Below, piece by piece: positions 34,307 to 48,022 of a stretch of 64,000 nt of DNA; position 1 is the stretch's first letter; each line of letters starts with the position of its first letter. A program made the translations under genes and the position numbers. This DNA is from Podarcis cretensis. Taxonomy: Eukaryota. The stretch is taken from positions 36,828,001 to 36,892,000 of the forward strand of contig OX638162.1 in NCBI GenBank assembly GCA_951804945.1. Direction: 5' to 3'. The notes under the pieces were generated by a model, which was given only the letters and a program-made list of their open reading frames with translations, ran no database searches and was not told the DNA's origin.

Positions 34307-35229
34307 AATTTATTTATTTACTGAATATCCTCACTTGAAACTAGGGCTGAAAACAAGCATTACCACCCCAGTTGAATATATTGCTGGGAGAGATCAATTT
34401 TAACTGGGAAGACTGACAGTTAATGGCACATGTATTTTTATGATCACCCACACTAACCTTTTGCCCTGCGCTTTCCTGGTCCATGTCCAGGCACTTTTTT
34501 TTCTCTGCCACTTTCCCCAGCAAAACCCAATCCGTACCCCTAAATCGGAGCAAACGGCAATTCAGGTTTTAAGTGGATTCAGCACTAAAGAGCAGGTTTT
34601 TGCGGCTTGGACAGGAAGCTTTAAATTGTGGAGCTGTGCCTAGAAATGCAGAGCAAACGTTAAGTGTGGAAGAGTCCTAAATGTAACACGAGTCTCCTTA
34701 TGATGCAATACATGTGCAGATCTGGACCACCGCTTTAATGGAAAGTGAACAAATTATACCTGAATGCTACACTATCAAAAAATAAAGCACAACTTTTTCT
34801 GAAGTTTGGCATCCGTTTATTGAATACATCAAATTAAAGCAACATGACCAGCAGCCACCCTCTTCTCACGGTTTCCTTTGGAAAAAAACTATTATTGGAT
34901 AACACGCCTATGAAGAACAATAGTCTGGAATTATAATGCTATTTTGTTGTAATACGACCCTCCTCTCTTTTCCCTTCTCTCCCCACCCCCTTTTCCCTAT
35001 GTCGTTGTGACCAATGGTTTTTTGTGTATTGGAAATGAAAGCAAAAACGACTACCAAAAAATAAAACAAAAAAGCCAAGACCACAGATTAAAGTTTGCTT
35101 TAAAACTGAGCTTTGGTTAATTTAAAAACAACAACAAACAAACCCGCCATGCAATGTATTCAGTCCAGCATTTCCTCACCCTTACATGTCTCGGGAGCTC
35201 CAAAAGATGCGCTGCATATATAAATACGC

Positions 35230-35690
35230 AGCAGTTTTAGTCCCGCGCGAGGCCTACGCAGCCTGGCCTGGCTTCCCTCAGCCTTTCACGGGCGAGCGCC
35301 GGGCGAGGCGCTGAGGGAAAAGGCAAAAGCAAACGGGCGGCAGCTCACCTGGCAGCGGGCCGAGGCCGCCAGGCCAACGGTTTCACCGAGCGCTGCTCCC
35401 GCGGCCACTCCTGGCGGGGCCTCCGTCCCTCAAGGCAGCCGCCTCTCCTTCCGCCGCGGAAACCCGGCCCGCCTCGCCCGGCCCCTTCCGCCACCGGCCA
35501 GGCCGCTCCGCCCTTGCTTGCCTTCCCGCCTGCCGGCCCCCCCCCCGGCCGCGCCGCCTTCTCGGCCCTTCGCCGGCGAGCCCGCGGGGCGTTGGGCGGG
35601 AGGCTTCACCCGTCGCCCCCGGCTGCGCTTTCCCGCAGGATCGCGGGCGGGGGGCGGGGAAGTCGCGTTTTTCAATGCTCCCGTGTATTT
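35230..35690 (-). promoter_or_regulatory. WDR24: CpG island: WDR24 promoter and probable non-coding first exon (donor CAG|GTGAGC, exon edge at 35349)
   Basis: Very GC/CpG-rich block with GC boxes about 2 kb upstream of the WDR24 ATG; strong minus-strand donor at 35343-35348. Confidence 0.75.
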
Positions 35691-36370
35691 TATTTATTGA
35701 TAATCCTGCATGTAGAAAACTAGCACGGCAGGGAGTGGTCGGGGCTAGAATCGTTCTCCCTGACATGCTGCCTTTCTTTTTTTTCTTTGAAAAACATGCA
35801 AGCCTTGAAATAGAATCACCCCATCCGGAGTACGAAATCTAACTGTCCATTGGTTTTCACTGGTTTTACAGTTGCCACATTTTTGGTACTTGGATGCAAT
35901 CCCCGCCCCAGGTTAAAACTGGGTTTACTTGGTAATTTCGTTGTTCTGTATGGGACAATGACAATAAAGATTATCGTATATAATGGTTGCCACCACACTG
36001 GATGAGAGCCTGATGGAAAGCTGTAAGGTACCTCTTACAGTTGCTTCTGGACAATGGTCACGCTTTGGAACACTTCGCCCCTGCCATCTCTGTCCGCTGT
36101 TGCTCCACCTGTATCAAGGAGTTTTTGGTTCTTCTTTTCTCCCCTGAGATTCTGTTGCCCATATTCTGACAGAGTGGGAGATCAACACTGCACACAGGTG
36201 AAAGGCCTGAGCTTTGTATGCAGAAGATTCTAGGTTCAATCCCCCGGCATCTCTAGGCGTAGGACTGGGAGTCGCACAGTTCTGAAACCCTGGAGAACTG
36301 CTGACAGTCAGTGTAGCCAATACTGAGTTAGATGGACCAGCCTCCATCCTAGTCTGACTTGGCTTCCTAC

Positions 36371-36530
36371 CAGACTTTTAGACGACATCTGAAGGCAGCC
36401 CTGTTTAGGGAAGCTTTTAATGTTTGATGTATTACTTTATTTTAATATTGTGTTGGAAGCCGCCCAGAGTGGCTGGGGAAACCCAGCCAGATGGGTGGAG
36501 TATAAATAATAAATTATTATTATTACTATT
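36371..36530 (+). mobile_element. L2 3' tail following a tRNA-derived SINE (about 36200-36370)
   Basis: Near-identical to 2321-2387 plus 2611-2698. Confidence 0.7.
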
Positions 36531-37174
36531 ACTATGTTCACAGGGCTTCAACACTCCAGGGGGACATATCAGGGAAATGCTGCATCCAAAATAGTGGCTT
36601 AATTTTGCAAGGAACCCCTTAGCCCCTTGCATTAGTGTGCCCCCTTATGCATACTGGGAACAGCTGTCATTGTGAGATCCTACAGTACACATTTTTGTGT
36701 AGGCAATAATATGCAAACCATGCATTGACATAGGCAGGGAGGGGCAGCTGCCCCCTCAAATCAATAAAAATCAATAAAGGTACATAACAAACTGAGGTTC
36801 TGCCTCCCCAACAAAAGGCCTGCCCCTCCCCAACAAAAATCCTGGCTTCACCCGTGAAACCGTGTGTGTATCATCACATGTGATGCTCACAGATGCGTGT
36901 TTCCCACTGCATGGGCATTCATTTGGAAGTTGCACGTTCTTTCTAGCACAGAAAGTCCTCCTTTCCCCCCTTTTATATAAATGTTTTGTGCAATATGTGA
37001 TGTGGCCCTGTTCTGCTGGGGATGCTGTACATTGAGCAGTAGGCTGGACAAGGGCTGCATACACATAAAATATTTAAAGCACATTACTTTTCCAAATAAT
37101 CCTGGGAACTGTGGTTTGTTGAAGGTGCCAGGAATTTACCTCTGTGAGGGCTAAACTACGGTTCCCAGGATTCT

Positions 37175-37205
<31 letters not shown>

Positions 37206-39102
37206 GTAGAAATAAGTAATGCTCTTCAAATGTATGATGTGGACACAGGTGTCTTACAAGGCACCCGCCAACTTTCTGATTCAGCCCTGTGCTGTTAGAT
37301 CTTGAATTTGCACAGGTAAGGTGGTCAGCTTCAAGTATATTTTTATATACATTACCATACAATGACGTGGGTGTAAAAAAGTAAATCAGATATTCTGTAT
37401 TTTTAATTTTTTTAATATATATTTTTATAAACAGATCACGTGATAAAATAGCACAAGAAACACTTACCAAATATAAGGTTATATCTTCAGAATATACAGG
37501 AGAAGGAGGCTTGTATGTACAGTAAGAAAATGGTTTTCAGAATTTTATTTTTCTTTCCCCTTTTTATAGTAATTTGAAACATCTCAGCTTCAATAGCTTT
37601 AAATAATACTTTGGACCAGTGGACACTTTAAAACAGGGGTGCTAAGGAGAATGGCAGGCACAACCCACTGAAGGTGTTCCTTTGCACAAGCCCGGCTAAA
37701 ATGAATGAGCAATTCTCATTGGTGTCAATGCGGCTTGCCCAGGAGAAATTCCTAATGAGTTATGCCCTAAATTCGGACCAATACATTGTCAGAACTCTTG
37801 CATGAAGTGGAGTCACCTTTCTCAGGGAGCAATCCTATATCCACTTATTTGGGAGTAAGCTCTACTGAACTTAGTGGGACTTACTGTATAGGAATGCACT
37901 GCCACCCTGCTCCATAACACAAGTAAATCAAGATATTGCAGTTGTATAGAACAAGTGACTGATCTTAAGCACATTTCTATCCTTCATATCTTTCCCTTAC
38001 AATTCCCCCCCCCACCTCCGTGTCTCTGCCTGATACCTTTCCTCATCTCTTCTTTCATTGAAAGGCCCAACAGTGCACATGGAATGTTCCCCATCTCCTA
38101 ATCATATTTAAGAGAACATTTCCCTATGTTTATGAGAATATTTTGCCTTCCTGTTAATTACGCTTCTCTAAATGAGGATATTATCAGAATTGTAAAGGGA
38201 TATAGAAATGATTCAAATAAATAAATAAAATTATTGCATATGGATTATCACTCTCTTGCTCTTCCTAGCATACATATATTAAAATTAAAAATTATATTCC
38301 GTTCTTATCTAATCATGGTGGAGCAATATATTATTCACTTTAACCATAGTTAGCTCCAGGGCTTTTTTTTTTTATCCAGAATTTGCCGAAACTGAGTTCT
38401 GGCATCTCTAAGGTAGGCTCCATTGCCATTATAAGAGAACAAGGGAGACATTCATAGTGAGTTTCAACACCTCTTTTTCTAGCAAAATAGCACTGGTTTG
38501 CTCAAACCAGAGATTGCAAACTGAAAGGCTTAAAGCTACTACCTAGGCTGATATTTAAGCCAATGGAATTCCCAAGAATGTGTTTTCCACTGAACTCAAA
38601 CAATGGTGGAAATACCACTAATGATTGGTTATTATATTATAGTATAATAATAGATGATAATTAAAAGGAACATCAATAAGCTTCATGGTTGCAGTAGACA
38701 GGATCATTAGTAAAACCCAAAAACATTTAAATGTGCAGAAATGGCCATTTAAAATAATCTATAAACAAAACTTAAAACAATTTTGTAGCAACAATGATAA
38801 ATAGATTGCTATTAGCAATTTATTTTTTAAAATGGTACCCCAAATCACAGCAATTTATCAAAGTTGGAATGCAGTTTTCTGAAACAATGAGAGTTGCCCA
38901 ATTTGTGCTCAGTCTGAAATGCAAATAGTTTTTTAGCTGATCTCTCCCTCTCTCTCTCCCCCTCCCCCACTTCAGGCTGCTTTGGATAATAAATGAATGA
39001 ATCTTTGCATTCCTATGATTTCTTGTCCAGATTAGAATGGTAAATGCCTAATGAAAGAAAACTGGAATGGACTAAAATAGAGAGTGAATTAGCACTCTGC
39101 AT

Positions 39103-39106
<4 letters not shown>

Positions 39107-39140
<34 letters not shown>
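39107..39140. repeat. (GT)n microsatellite
   Basis: Direct reading. Confidence 0.95.
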
Positions 39141-39144
<4 letters not shown>

Positions 39145-39293
39145 AGACACACTGCTGAAGGTTCTACTCTGAATCCCCATTTTGGGTAACACTGCAATAG
39201 CTTGATTTACAAGCCAAGCAGCTGTTTGTCCTCTTAATTAAAGTTATAAGAATAGTCGTAACAATATAAGTATTCAAACTATGCATTGGTCAC

Positions 39294-39462
39294 CAGTGGC
39301 GTAGCGTGGGTTGTCAGCACCCGGGGCAAGGCAAGTAATTTGCACCCCCTAACCCGTGGATTTGCGCCCCCTAACCTGTGGACTTGCACCCCCTAACCCT
39401 AACCCCCAGATGTTGCGCCCGGTGCGGCTGGCCCCCCCTGCACCCCCCACGCTACGCCACTG
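39294..39462. mobile_element. Young hAT-type MITE with internal CCCTAA-containing tandem repeats
   Basis: Perfect 17-bp TIR CAGTGGCGTAGCGTGGG/CCCACGCTACGCCACTG and perfect 8-bp TSD TTGGTCAC (39286-39293, 39463-39470). Confidence 0.9.
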
Positions 39463-42400
39463 TTGGTCACCGCCGTGTGAAATGGTACTTTGCATTGCAA
39501 GGCTGGCCCAATGCATTTTTCTGCCTGAGGCGAAGGATAAGGTGATGTTGAATTTATTACCCACCTTTCACCAGCAGGTCCAGGGGTGGGTTATGACAAT
39601 TTAAAATTCAAAACAATCAAAACAGATTACAATCAAGGGAATAAGGTGAGCCCTATAAACACATCTTGGGTGCCAAAGGCCAGGGTAAAGAGGTACATCG
39701 AAAGTGAAGAAGCCAGATGCATCTCTCTGAGGAGGGAATTTGACAACTTAGGGAATGATGACATGCTGCTACCCCTGCCATTCTAACATATAGAATCAGA
39801 CCAGGCTGGCAATTGACTTTCACTTCCACCATGGCATTGGGGGCAGTTTTCTCCACTGCACTGAAGGCAGCAGGGCAGCTTAGAGGTTACAAGACCAGAA
39901 AGAAAATCAAAGTTTGCTGATGCTAGGATGGAGGCTCAGGTGTGTGTCACCTGAAGTGTCCACCTCACTGCCCAATGATGGGGCTGGCCTGGGAATTCTC
40001 ACGCCCATGCACATGCAATTTACCAGAATGTGTGTTAGGGACAAGATTCATCCATCACCCTCAAGATGCTTCACATCCGGAAACTGGCAGGGAGAGATGA
40101 ACCCTGTGTAGAATGACAACTTTAGCACTCGCAAATTTTTAAGAAGGCACTTCACAAAAGGCCAAAACACATTAGCCATAGTGGATTACCAGGAATAGGA
40201 ATCGGAGAACAGGGGCAGCTTGATAGAGGCATACAGTACACACTTTTTGGGGATTGTGGTGGGGGGTTTTGGGGGGAGGATTGTAAGTTTTAAAAACTTT
40301 CCTTAGTGTTGCACTTTCAATTGTTATAATCTGCCCTTGGACTTTAGGGTGAAGGACGGATAAGACATCGTAGCAACAGCAGGAACAACAACAATGTTCC
40401 AGTGGGTCGTGTCTGATTTTGATCTGTGTGAGGAGGGCTGTGTGTGCACCATGTGGATTTTCTCCTTCCGATTCAAAATGTATTGGCGTTGCCCTGCTTT
40501 TAAATACTATTTTTCTCCCATAAATTTCTTTTTCACTAGCTAGCAATAACACAATTTTATCTCTGGAAAGCTCTTTGTGTCCCTCTCATGGCCCTTGGAC
40601 TACTGCTCCAGGAGGCAGATTAAAGCAAAAAAATAAACTAAAATGCCTTGTGTGCATTCCCTTCATTGCCAGAGCTTCTTCAAGGTCACTCTCTCAATTA
40701 TTACAGCAATTAAGGCCTCTTTAACAAATGTGGCATTAAAACAATGTGAGTGCGTTTAGACTAATAAAGTCTTTAATGGGTTTGATATAATATTAACTAG
40801 GGGGAATGTGTCTGGCCTGTAAATGACAAAATGGCCAGACTCAATTATTCCATTGTCCCATTTTGACCTTCGGATCTATTTACATCTAATGAGCAGAAAA
40901 TCACGGACCAGTCCCTTGGCTTATTGCTCTCCCACTCGAGGATCATGGGCAAGGTGGCGTTCGTTTGTGCATCGCAAAATGGGGAAATACTTCACACACG
41001 CACTTCCAGAAGATGAAACACATCCACACAAAATGTGTGCATGCTAATTTACGCCTATAAATGCATAGATTTGGAACTAATTGAATTCAATTTAAATAGA
41101 AATACTGTAAATCCACCACATCCTAGTCAGGAAGACTGTGAGCAGGTGCCCTCTGTGGTTGCTCAGTTTGCTCTCCAGATGTGAACTACTGACGGGTGAC
41201 CTCAACACCCCTCCTGCCTTCCCTTCTTAAGAGTTTTTAAATATCGAAACAGGACCAGATGACCTTTCAAACAGAGGACATTTTCATATCCAGGGATAGC
41301 CTCTCTAACAGGACACAATGAATGGTATTCAATTTAGTTTTACTTAGAGTAGACCTACTGAAATTAATGGATCTTTGTTGTGTTAATTTCTGAGCTGCAC
41401 TAACATTGGATACAACCCACATTTACCCTAGACATGATCTAAATGGGGAAGCTTTGCAAGTTTAAGGCTGCAGTCCTGTGCACACTTACTCGGGAGCAAG
41501 ACCCGCTGAATGAAGTGGGAATGCACTTCTGAGCAAACATGAATATGAGGCCTTAAAGAAGCAGAAAGGGAGAGCGAACAGGGAAAAAGGTTGAGCAGTC
41601 TCAGGTCACATCAACCCCATACATTTAAAGCACTCTTATGCCACTTTTAACTATCGTGGCCTCCCCCAAAGAACCTTGGGAAGTGTAGTTTGTTAAGGCT
41701 GCTGAGAGTTGTTAGGAAACACCACATAGAGCTAGAGTTCCCAGGATTCTTAAAGGGTGTAAGACTGTTAAAGGGTGTAAGAATGCCCCCCATGAAACAT
41801 AGAAAGAAAGCTGCCTAATTCGCAGACTATTTATCTCTCCAGTCCATGGTTGCCTGCTGTAAATGATTCTTCAAGGTCTCAGGTGAAGACCAGGAGTTAA
41901 GATCCCTCCTCCAATCTCAGCTGTAGGAAGCATTGTTGCTGGGAACCCTTGCCCTCCAAATTTTGGACTCAAACTCCCACCTGCATACCCAATAGTAAGG
42001 GATAATGGAAGCTGAGGTCCAAAAACACCTGGACTGTCCCAGGTTTCTCATACCTCTCCTATAACTTTTTTTTTGGGGGGGGGGGGTGAAAGGTATTTAT
42101 AGGAATGATTCTAACAATAAGACAGTACTCTAGTGAAACCGAACAAGCAGTGACAAGGTCAGAGTTCTAAGAAAGCGTACAGGAAGAGTGTGACAGTGTT
42201 CTCGAAAGACGGACTCACCCACACCATATATTTGAAACACATTTAGCACACACAATTTCCCTCCAAAGAAACCTGGGAACTATAGTTAAGGGTGCTTGGA
42301 ACTGTAGGTCTGTGAAGGGCCAACTGCAGTTTGCAGGGTTCTTTGGCATAAGCTATGTGCTTTAAACATGCTAACAAATTTATGGTGTTTCCAGTAACTC

Positions 42401-44605
42401 ACATATGTTATATCTCGGTACTGCTGTCCTCAAAACACAAATGGGGAAGCCAAGCATGAGATGGATCATCCTGCTAAAGCTACCCATCAGGTTCATGGCA
42501 AAGGCCAGATCTGAACCAGAGACTTCCTGGCTCATAGCTCTTAGCCAGTCCACCGCAGCAGTCCTCACAGTTAAGATTATAAAAAGAGCCCTATGGGATC
42601 AGACCAAAAGGTCCCTCTACTCTACCATCTGTTCTCACAATGACCAATGGGAAGCCTGGAAATGTGATCAATTATTTTCATCCGTGAGTTGCAGGAGAAC
42701 ATTATAGTTGTCCCAGAAAACGTGCCAACTTACTGTCATCTCAAAGCATAACATGGCAAAAAAAACTATGGCATCCACTTTCATTTAGTGGCATAGCCTG
42801 CTTTGCCTGGGACTTGGCCATTGACTCCTCCACCGGGATGTTTCATTACAGTGCCTCCCTTGTCACCAATAATAATATGGTTGACTCCAGCAAGAGAAAG
42901 TGATTTCCTGGAAAAACTCTGGTTCAATAATAAATCCTGATAGCACCCCTCTCCTTTAGAAGGAAAAAAATAAATACACGCACAAACATCCTTTCTGAAG
43001 GCACTCTCTGCTCCATGGCTTCTTGTTCTGCACCCCCAACCTCAAACCTTCCTTGCCTCTCCCTTCCCATGAGAGTCTCAAGTGGGGCCATGGAAAACTC
43101 TGAACATTGTGGTGCGATTGACCCATGTGTTGTATCAGGTGAGAGCCAGGGCTGCTTGGCACATATAAACTCATAGAATTGTAGAGTTGGAAGGGACCGT
43201 GAGGGTCTTCTAGTCCAGCTGTCTCCAATACAGGAATATTTTGCCCAACATACAGTCCAAACATGTTTGTTTGTTTGTTTGTTTGTAGCTGTATATCAGG
43301 GATGTGGAACCTATGGCCTTCCAGATGTTCTTGGACTCCAGCTCCCATTCTACCCAGGTAGCATGGCCGAAAGCCAGGGATGATGGAAACTGTAGACTAG
43401 AAACATCAGATAGGACACAGTTTCCCCATCTCTGCCTAAGATGCTCTGGATGTGCCCTTGAAAATGACTAGGAATGGGCAAATCTGTCAATTTCAGTTTC
43501 TCTCAGTTTCTCCTTTTTCCAGTCCTAATTTCAGTTCTCTACATTTCCACATCAGTTTCATTTTTAAAGTGCTCATGAAAACACATCAGCATTCTTTGTG
43601 TGGATTTATGCACATTTTAAAAATTGAATTGAATTTATCCCCCACCCCTATTCACGGTGGATAACTGAATGTGTGAATGAGCTTCCACTGAAAAACACCC
43701 AGGATACAGTAAAAGTCCTGCATGCAGTATTATATCTGTGGCAGTCCAATCACAAAGGGAGAAATGGAAAGCTGGTCGCACCCCAACAGCTCTGCGGAGG
43801 TCAGTTCCATTTGGCTCCTCCACTTCCAGAATTTTAAGAACTGTTGCCTGAGTTTGCTTGTTTTCCTCTTCCCTCCATGTCCCCTTTCCCCTTTTCTTGG
43901 TATCTTTTAGATTGTACACCTGTGGGCAGGGACTGTCTTTTTTTGTTATTGATCACATGTAAGTTTCTCTGGGATACTTTTTGCATAAAGAGCAGAGTGG
44001 AAACGCTTTTAGATCAGTTGCCTGCTTGTTGCATTCTACAGGGGAGGCCCTGCTGGCAATTTGGCTGCCAAGTGAAGTTTTGGGAACAGCGATGCACAGC
44101 AGGGTGCATTCTGTGGTGGCCCCTAAATTGTTGAATGCTATCCCTTCTAGGCTCATCACTGTATACCAGTGGTGTGCGGTGAAATTTTTCATAGGGGAAC
44201 AATTAGGGCCAGAGGCACTAGCTTATGAGGGGTGGGGTGGGGTTGATGTCATGCACTGTGATGTTGTGACATCCTGATGTCACGCACATGAGCATTGCAC
44301 CTCCCTCTCGGGCTTTGGGAAGGAGGTGCCAGGGCTCTGACAGGATGCTGGAGCCTTCCTGCCTCCTTCCAAAAGCCGGATGGGCTTTGGGAAGATGGCA
44401 GGATGGGTCCATCAGAGCCTCGTGCCTTCTTCCCTAAGCCAGGCAAAAGCTTCCCAGGCTTTGGGAAGGAGGCCCCAGGGGAACATTTAGGGGACTAGCC
44501 TAATCCCCTTAGTCCAATGGCCACACGCCACTGCTGTACACATTTTGACATCAGGTCAAGGCCTCCATTTTGTACTGGCCTTTGGGTGTGGAAAATATTC
44601 TATGC

Positions 44606-44812
44606 AGTATTGTTGTGTGTTTTTTTTCAGGGGGTACTCAAGGGTACGCAATACTGGCACCTCTTTTTGTTGTTGTTGTTAAAAAGTGTGGCACTTACTG
44701 TAACAACCTCATGTTGAGTGCCAGCACCTCTTTTTGGTTAAAATGTATGACACCTACTGTAACAACTTCATGGTGAGTACCGGCACCTATTTTTTCTAGG
44801 AAAAAACCACTG
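44606..44812. mobile_element. hAT-like MITE with internal duplication of about 60 bp
   Basis: GGCACCTCTTTTTG...ACTGTAACAAC.TCATG.TGAGT unit repeated; ends AAAAAACCACTG; relatives at about 38355-38497 and 3930-4050. Confidence 0.5.
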
Positions 44813-47746
44813 ATTATATAGATTAACTGTATTGAGTTGTCTGTAACCACATATTGAAGGGCCACATACTGAAGGGCCTATGAAAAAAAACAACAACCTG
44901 CTGTTAGAGCCATCAGCTGATTAATGCACATATGATTACTAGCTTGTTATAGCACAGTGGTGGGCTTTTTCCACAGGTAGCACCAGTTTTCTGGAATGCT
45001 CCTCTGCTGATATACGAGGTGCCCCATCAGTATTGGCATTCCACTGGATCTTGAAGACACATCTGGCTAAACAAGCATTTCTCTGATCTCCCGCTTGAAT
45101 CTCCTGCTTTAACTGCTTTGCTGTTTTAATGGGCTTGTTTTTGTTGTTGTTTGATTTTATTGGTGGCTGTTTATGTTAACGTTTTGATGATGTTGTATTA
45201 TAGTGTATCTTAATGATGTGTCTTTGTTTATTTTTATATTTTGTTTCACACTTGTAAATTACTTCGAAGCCACCTTGGCAATTAAGCTGCATTCAAATAT
45301 ATCAATCAATTAACTAAACACCTACCAGCTCTAAGGTCTGCTGGCCTCATGAATATTGTTATGACGTAAGAACATTACATGAGTTTTTAAAGCTGATAGA
45401 CGGAGAATCTAAAGTTTTCTCCTTTTCTTTTTTCTTCTCATCTTTATCTATTTTCTTTTAATTTTTATGTTAAAAATGCTTGATATTTGATATTTATTTC
45501 TTTATCCTTTTTTTCTTTGTTCTTTCAAGCTTTAATAAAAATTCAAGGGAGGGGAAACAATCTGCTGGTTTCAATGCAATTAAAACAATTTAACTGCCTG
45601 GTTACCAGTGTAAACAATTCATAGGGTGAAATAAAACTCCATTATAGGAATGTTCACCCTATTTCTACATTAGAGACAATGGGTTTTTTGCATCAGTGAC
45701 CAGAGTTTTCCAATGACCCAAGCTTTGAGAAGCCTGAAGCTGGTAAAAATCAGATTCATTTCCCTTCATGCATTTATCATTGATTCAACACTCCCACCAA
45801 CCAAACTTCAGGAGAGTTCAAAGGGCGGGAGGCAGCTCAAATTATGTGACTAGCAACCTCAGCTATGGCCCACAACAGACAAGAACCCCGACCCCAGTCC
45901 CACACTTAGCCCACCCAAACCATCATGCACTTGGGGCAGGATGAGGAGGGCAGATTGAAAGAGCAGGAGGTTGTAAAACATCATCTTAAAAAATAGCTTA
46001 AAGCTTTACAAAGATGTTATGGCAACAAAATTTCTTGTAATTAAAGTTCTGTTGTTGCTGTTTAAAAAAAGAAAGTGGTTGTCAAACCAAGTTTGTTCGT
46101 GTGAGTCCCATACAAATGAAAGAAGCCTGTGTGTGTCCAAACACATCCTTTGGAACAATGCAGGACCACTTTATCGCCAAGCACAGGAGGTCCATAGTCC
46201 ATCCAGGACAGGTGGTTGCCTTTTGCTGGAATCCTGCCCAGGTGAGGTTTGCGTGGAGAAGCTGGGCCTCTATGCGGTGGCAGAGCTGAGCCAGTTGGTT
46301 GGCCCAAGTGGAGGGTTTATCAGATGATGATTGGTTGGGATGGATTTTTCCTGTTCACAGAAGATTCACAAACAAATTGAGTCTCCCCCCCCAGCCCATC
46401 CCTCTTCATGCAAAATGACCCGCAGCGCTTCAACCCTCCCCCCCTCCCCAAGCTCTTTGAACCCAGACATCTAGTTAGGGTGTATCAAATGGTAAACATG
46501 GAAAATCTTTCTTCTCTGTGGTCTCCTAAGCACCCCCAATGAGCAGGGAGCAAACCCCATGGCATCCCTATGGGGACTTGCTTCTGAGTAAACATGCCTT
46601 GGAAATTTGTAAAACAGGTTGGATGTGGTTAGCATTAATCTCAGTGTATAGCAGGACTTTTAAAGATGGTTTCATTCTGGTTTCATTACTTTTTTTAGCT
46701 GCCTTGAGTCTCTTTGGAGAAATAGGTTGGGCAGAAATGTCTGAAATAAATAAACTAGGCCTGAATGGCTAAACAAGGGATGGAGAACCTGTGGCTCTCC
46801 TGATGTTGCATTGGCCATGCTAGCTGGGGCTGATGAGAGTTGCAGTCCAACAACATCTGGAGGGCCACAGGTTTACTAGCTCTCAGTTAATCTCATATTT
46901 ATTTTACCTTATGTCTTTATCCAAACAAGCAGGGTGTTATGAAATGCTGCATGAGAGGGTTTTCCTTATTTATTTGTTTTTTGAAAAATGCAAATGATTC
47001 TTTTTTTTTTTTTAATGAATGAATGAATGACTGGATATAACCTTCCTCTAAATCAGCCTTCAGCAACCTGGTGCCATCCAGAAGTTTTGAACTACAATTT
47101 CCATCAAACCCAGCTGGTTTCCCAGATAATTTCTGGGGAATCCACAAAGAAAGGAAGCACTCTAGTTCTGCTAAGAAGATCTGCAGACATAGTTAGATCC
47201 CTGGCCAAGGATGATAAAAACACACACGAATTGCCATTGAATTTATAACAATCGAGCCAGAGTTCCAGGAACACATGGGAACTCTTTCTCAACTGTGAGA
47301 AGGAAAGCTTAGGTAGACTCCATCAACCTTTACTTTGGTTGGTTTACTAGTCACTCCCAATGGCTGTGCTGGATGGAACTGATGGGTCCAAAACATCTGG
47401 AAGGCGCTAAGTTGGGGAAATCTCTGTTATACCTTTTGAGGAGATTCAGGGTCTTCTCGATAGGGTTTAATTTATAATAATCAAGCCATTGAGATATTGC
47501 AAATGGGTCATTGGCAATGGGTTTGGTTTTTACTTAATGGGTTTTCACCGGAAAGGTACAGCTGAATTAAATATGGGCTGGCAAGTTGATGTCGGTAACA
47601 CTGTCTGGACTCCTGCATGCATGAAGAGCTCCAGATCCCACAAGAAACACCCATCTGGAAACACCTTTAGCTGGGGAGAAAGGTTTAATGTTCTGAGAAG
47701 GCACCAGCTGGAGCTTGTTCGTCCTCTGTTCTCCTCTGCCAATATA

Positions 47747-48022
47747 CAGTGATGACTGGTGCCCACCGGGGACTAGTGAGGCAGAAAGCAGGGGCGTCCA
47801 ACAGGAGGCAGAGCTAAAGCCAACTCATTCTAGTTTTGTCCCCGTCCTCCTACTCCCTGCTGCATTCTGCAAGGGCAACACTGAGACTAAGGAGGAGGAA
47901 GCCAATAGACAGTGCTGGCACCTCCTGGGTTGCATGTGAGTAAGAAGGTAGGTGGGTGGAGACTGGCTGGGGGCAGACTGGGGTGGGTGTCCCACTCACC
48001 GTGATGGACAAGCCTCCACTGC
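47747..48022 (+). mobile_element. Non-autonomous DNA-transposon-like repeat family, copy 1 (other copies 48835-49093 on +, 54274-54532 on -)
   Basis: Three mutually similar segments of about 260-280 bp (GCTGGTGCCCA..GGGACT, CAAGGGCAAC, GGCTG.GGGCAGACTG) with CAGTG/CACTG-like ends. Confidence 0.6.

Noticed and set aside
35383-35766. Overlapping GC-rich ORFs (127, 81, 69, 60 aa)
   Set aside because: Low-complexity Arg/Gly/Pro/Ala frames expected from a stop-poor CpG island at the WDR24 promoter.
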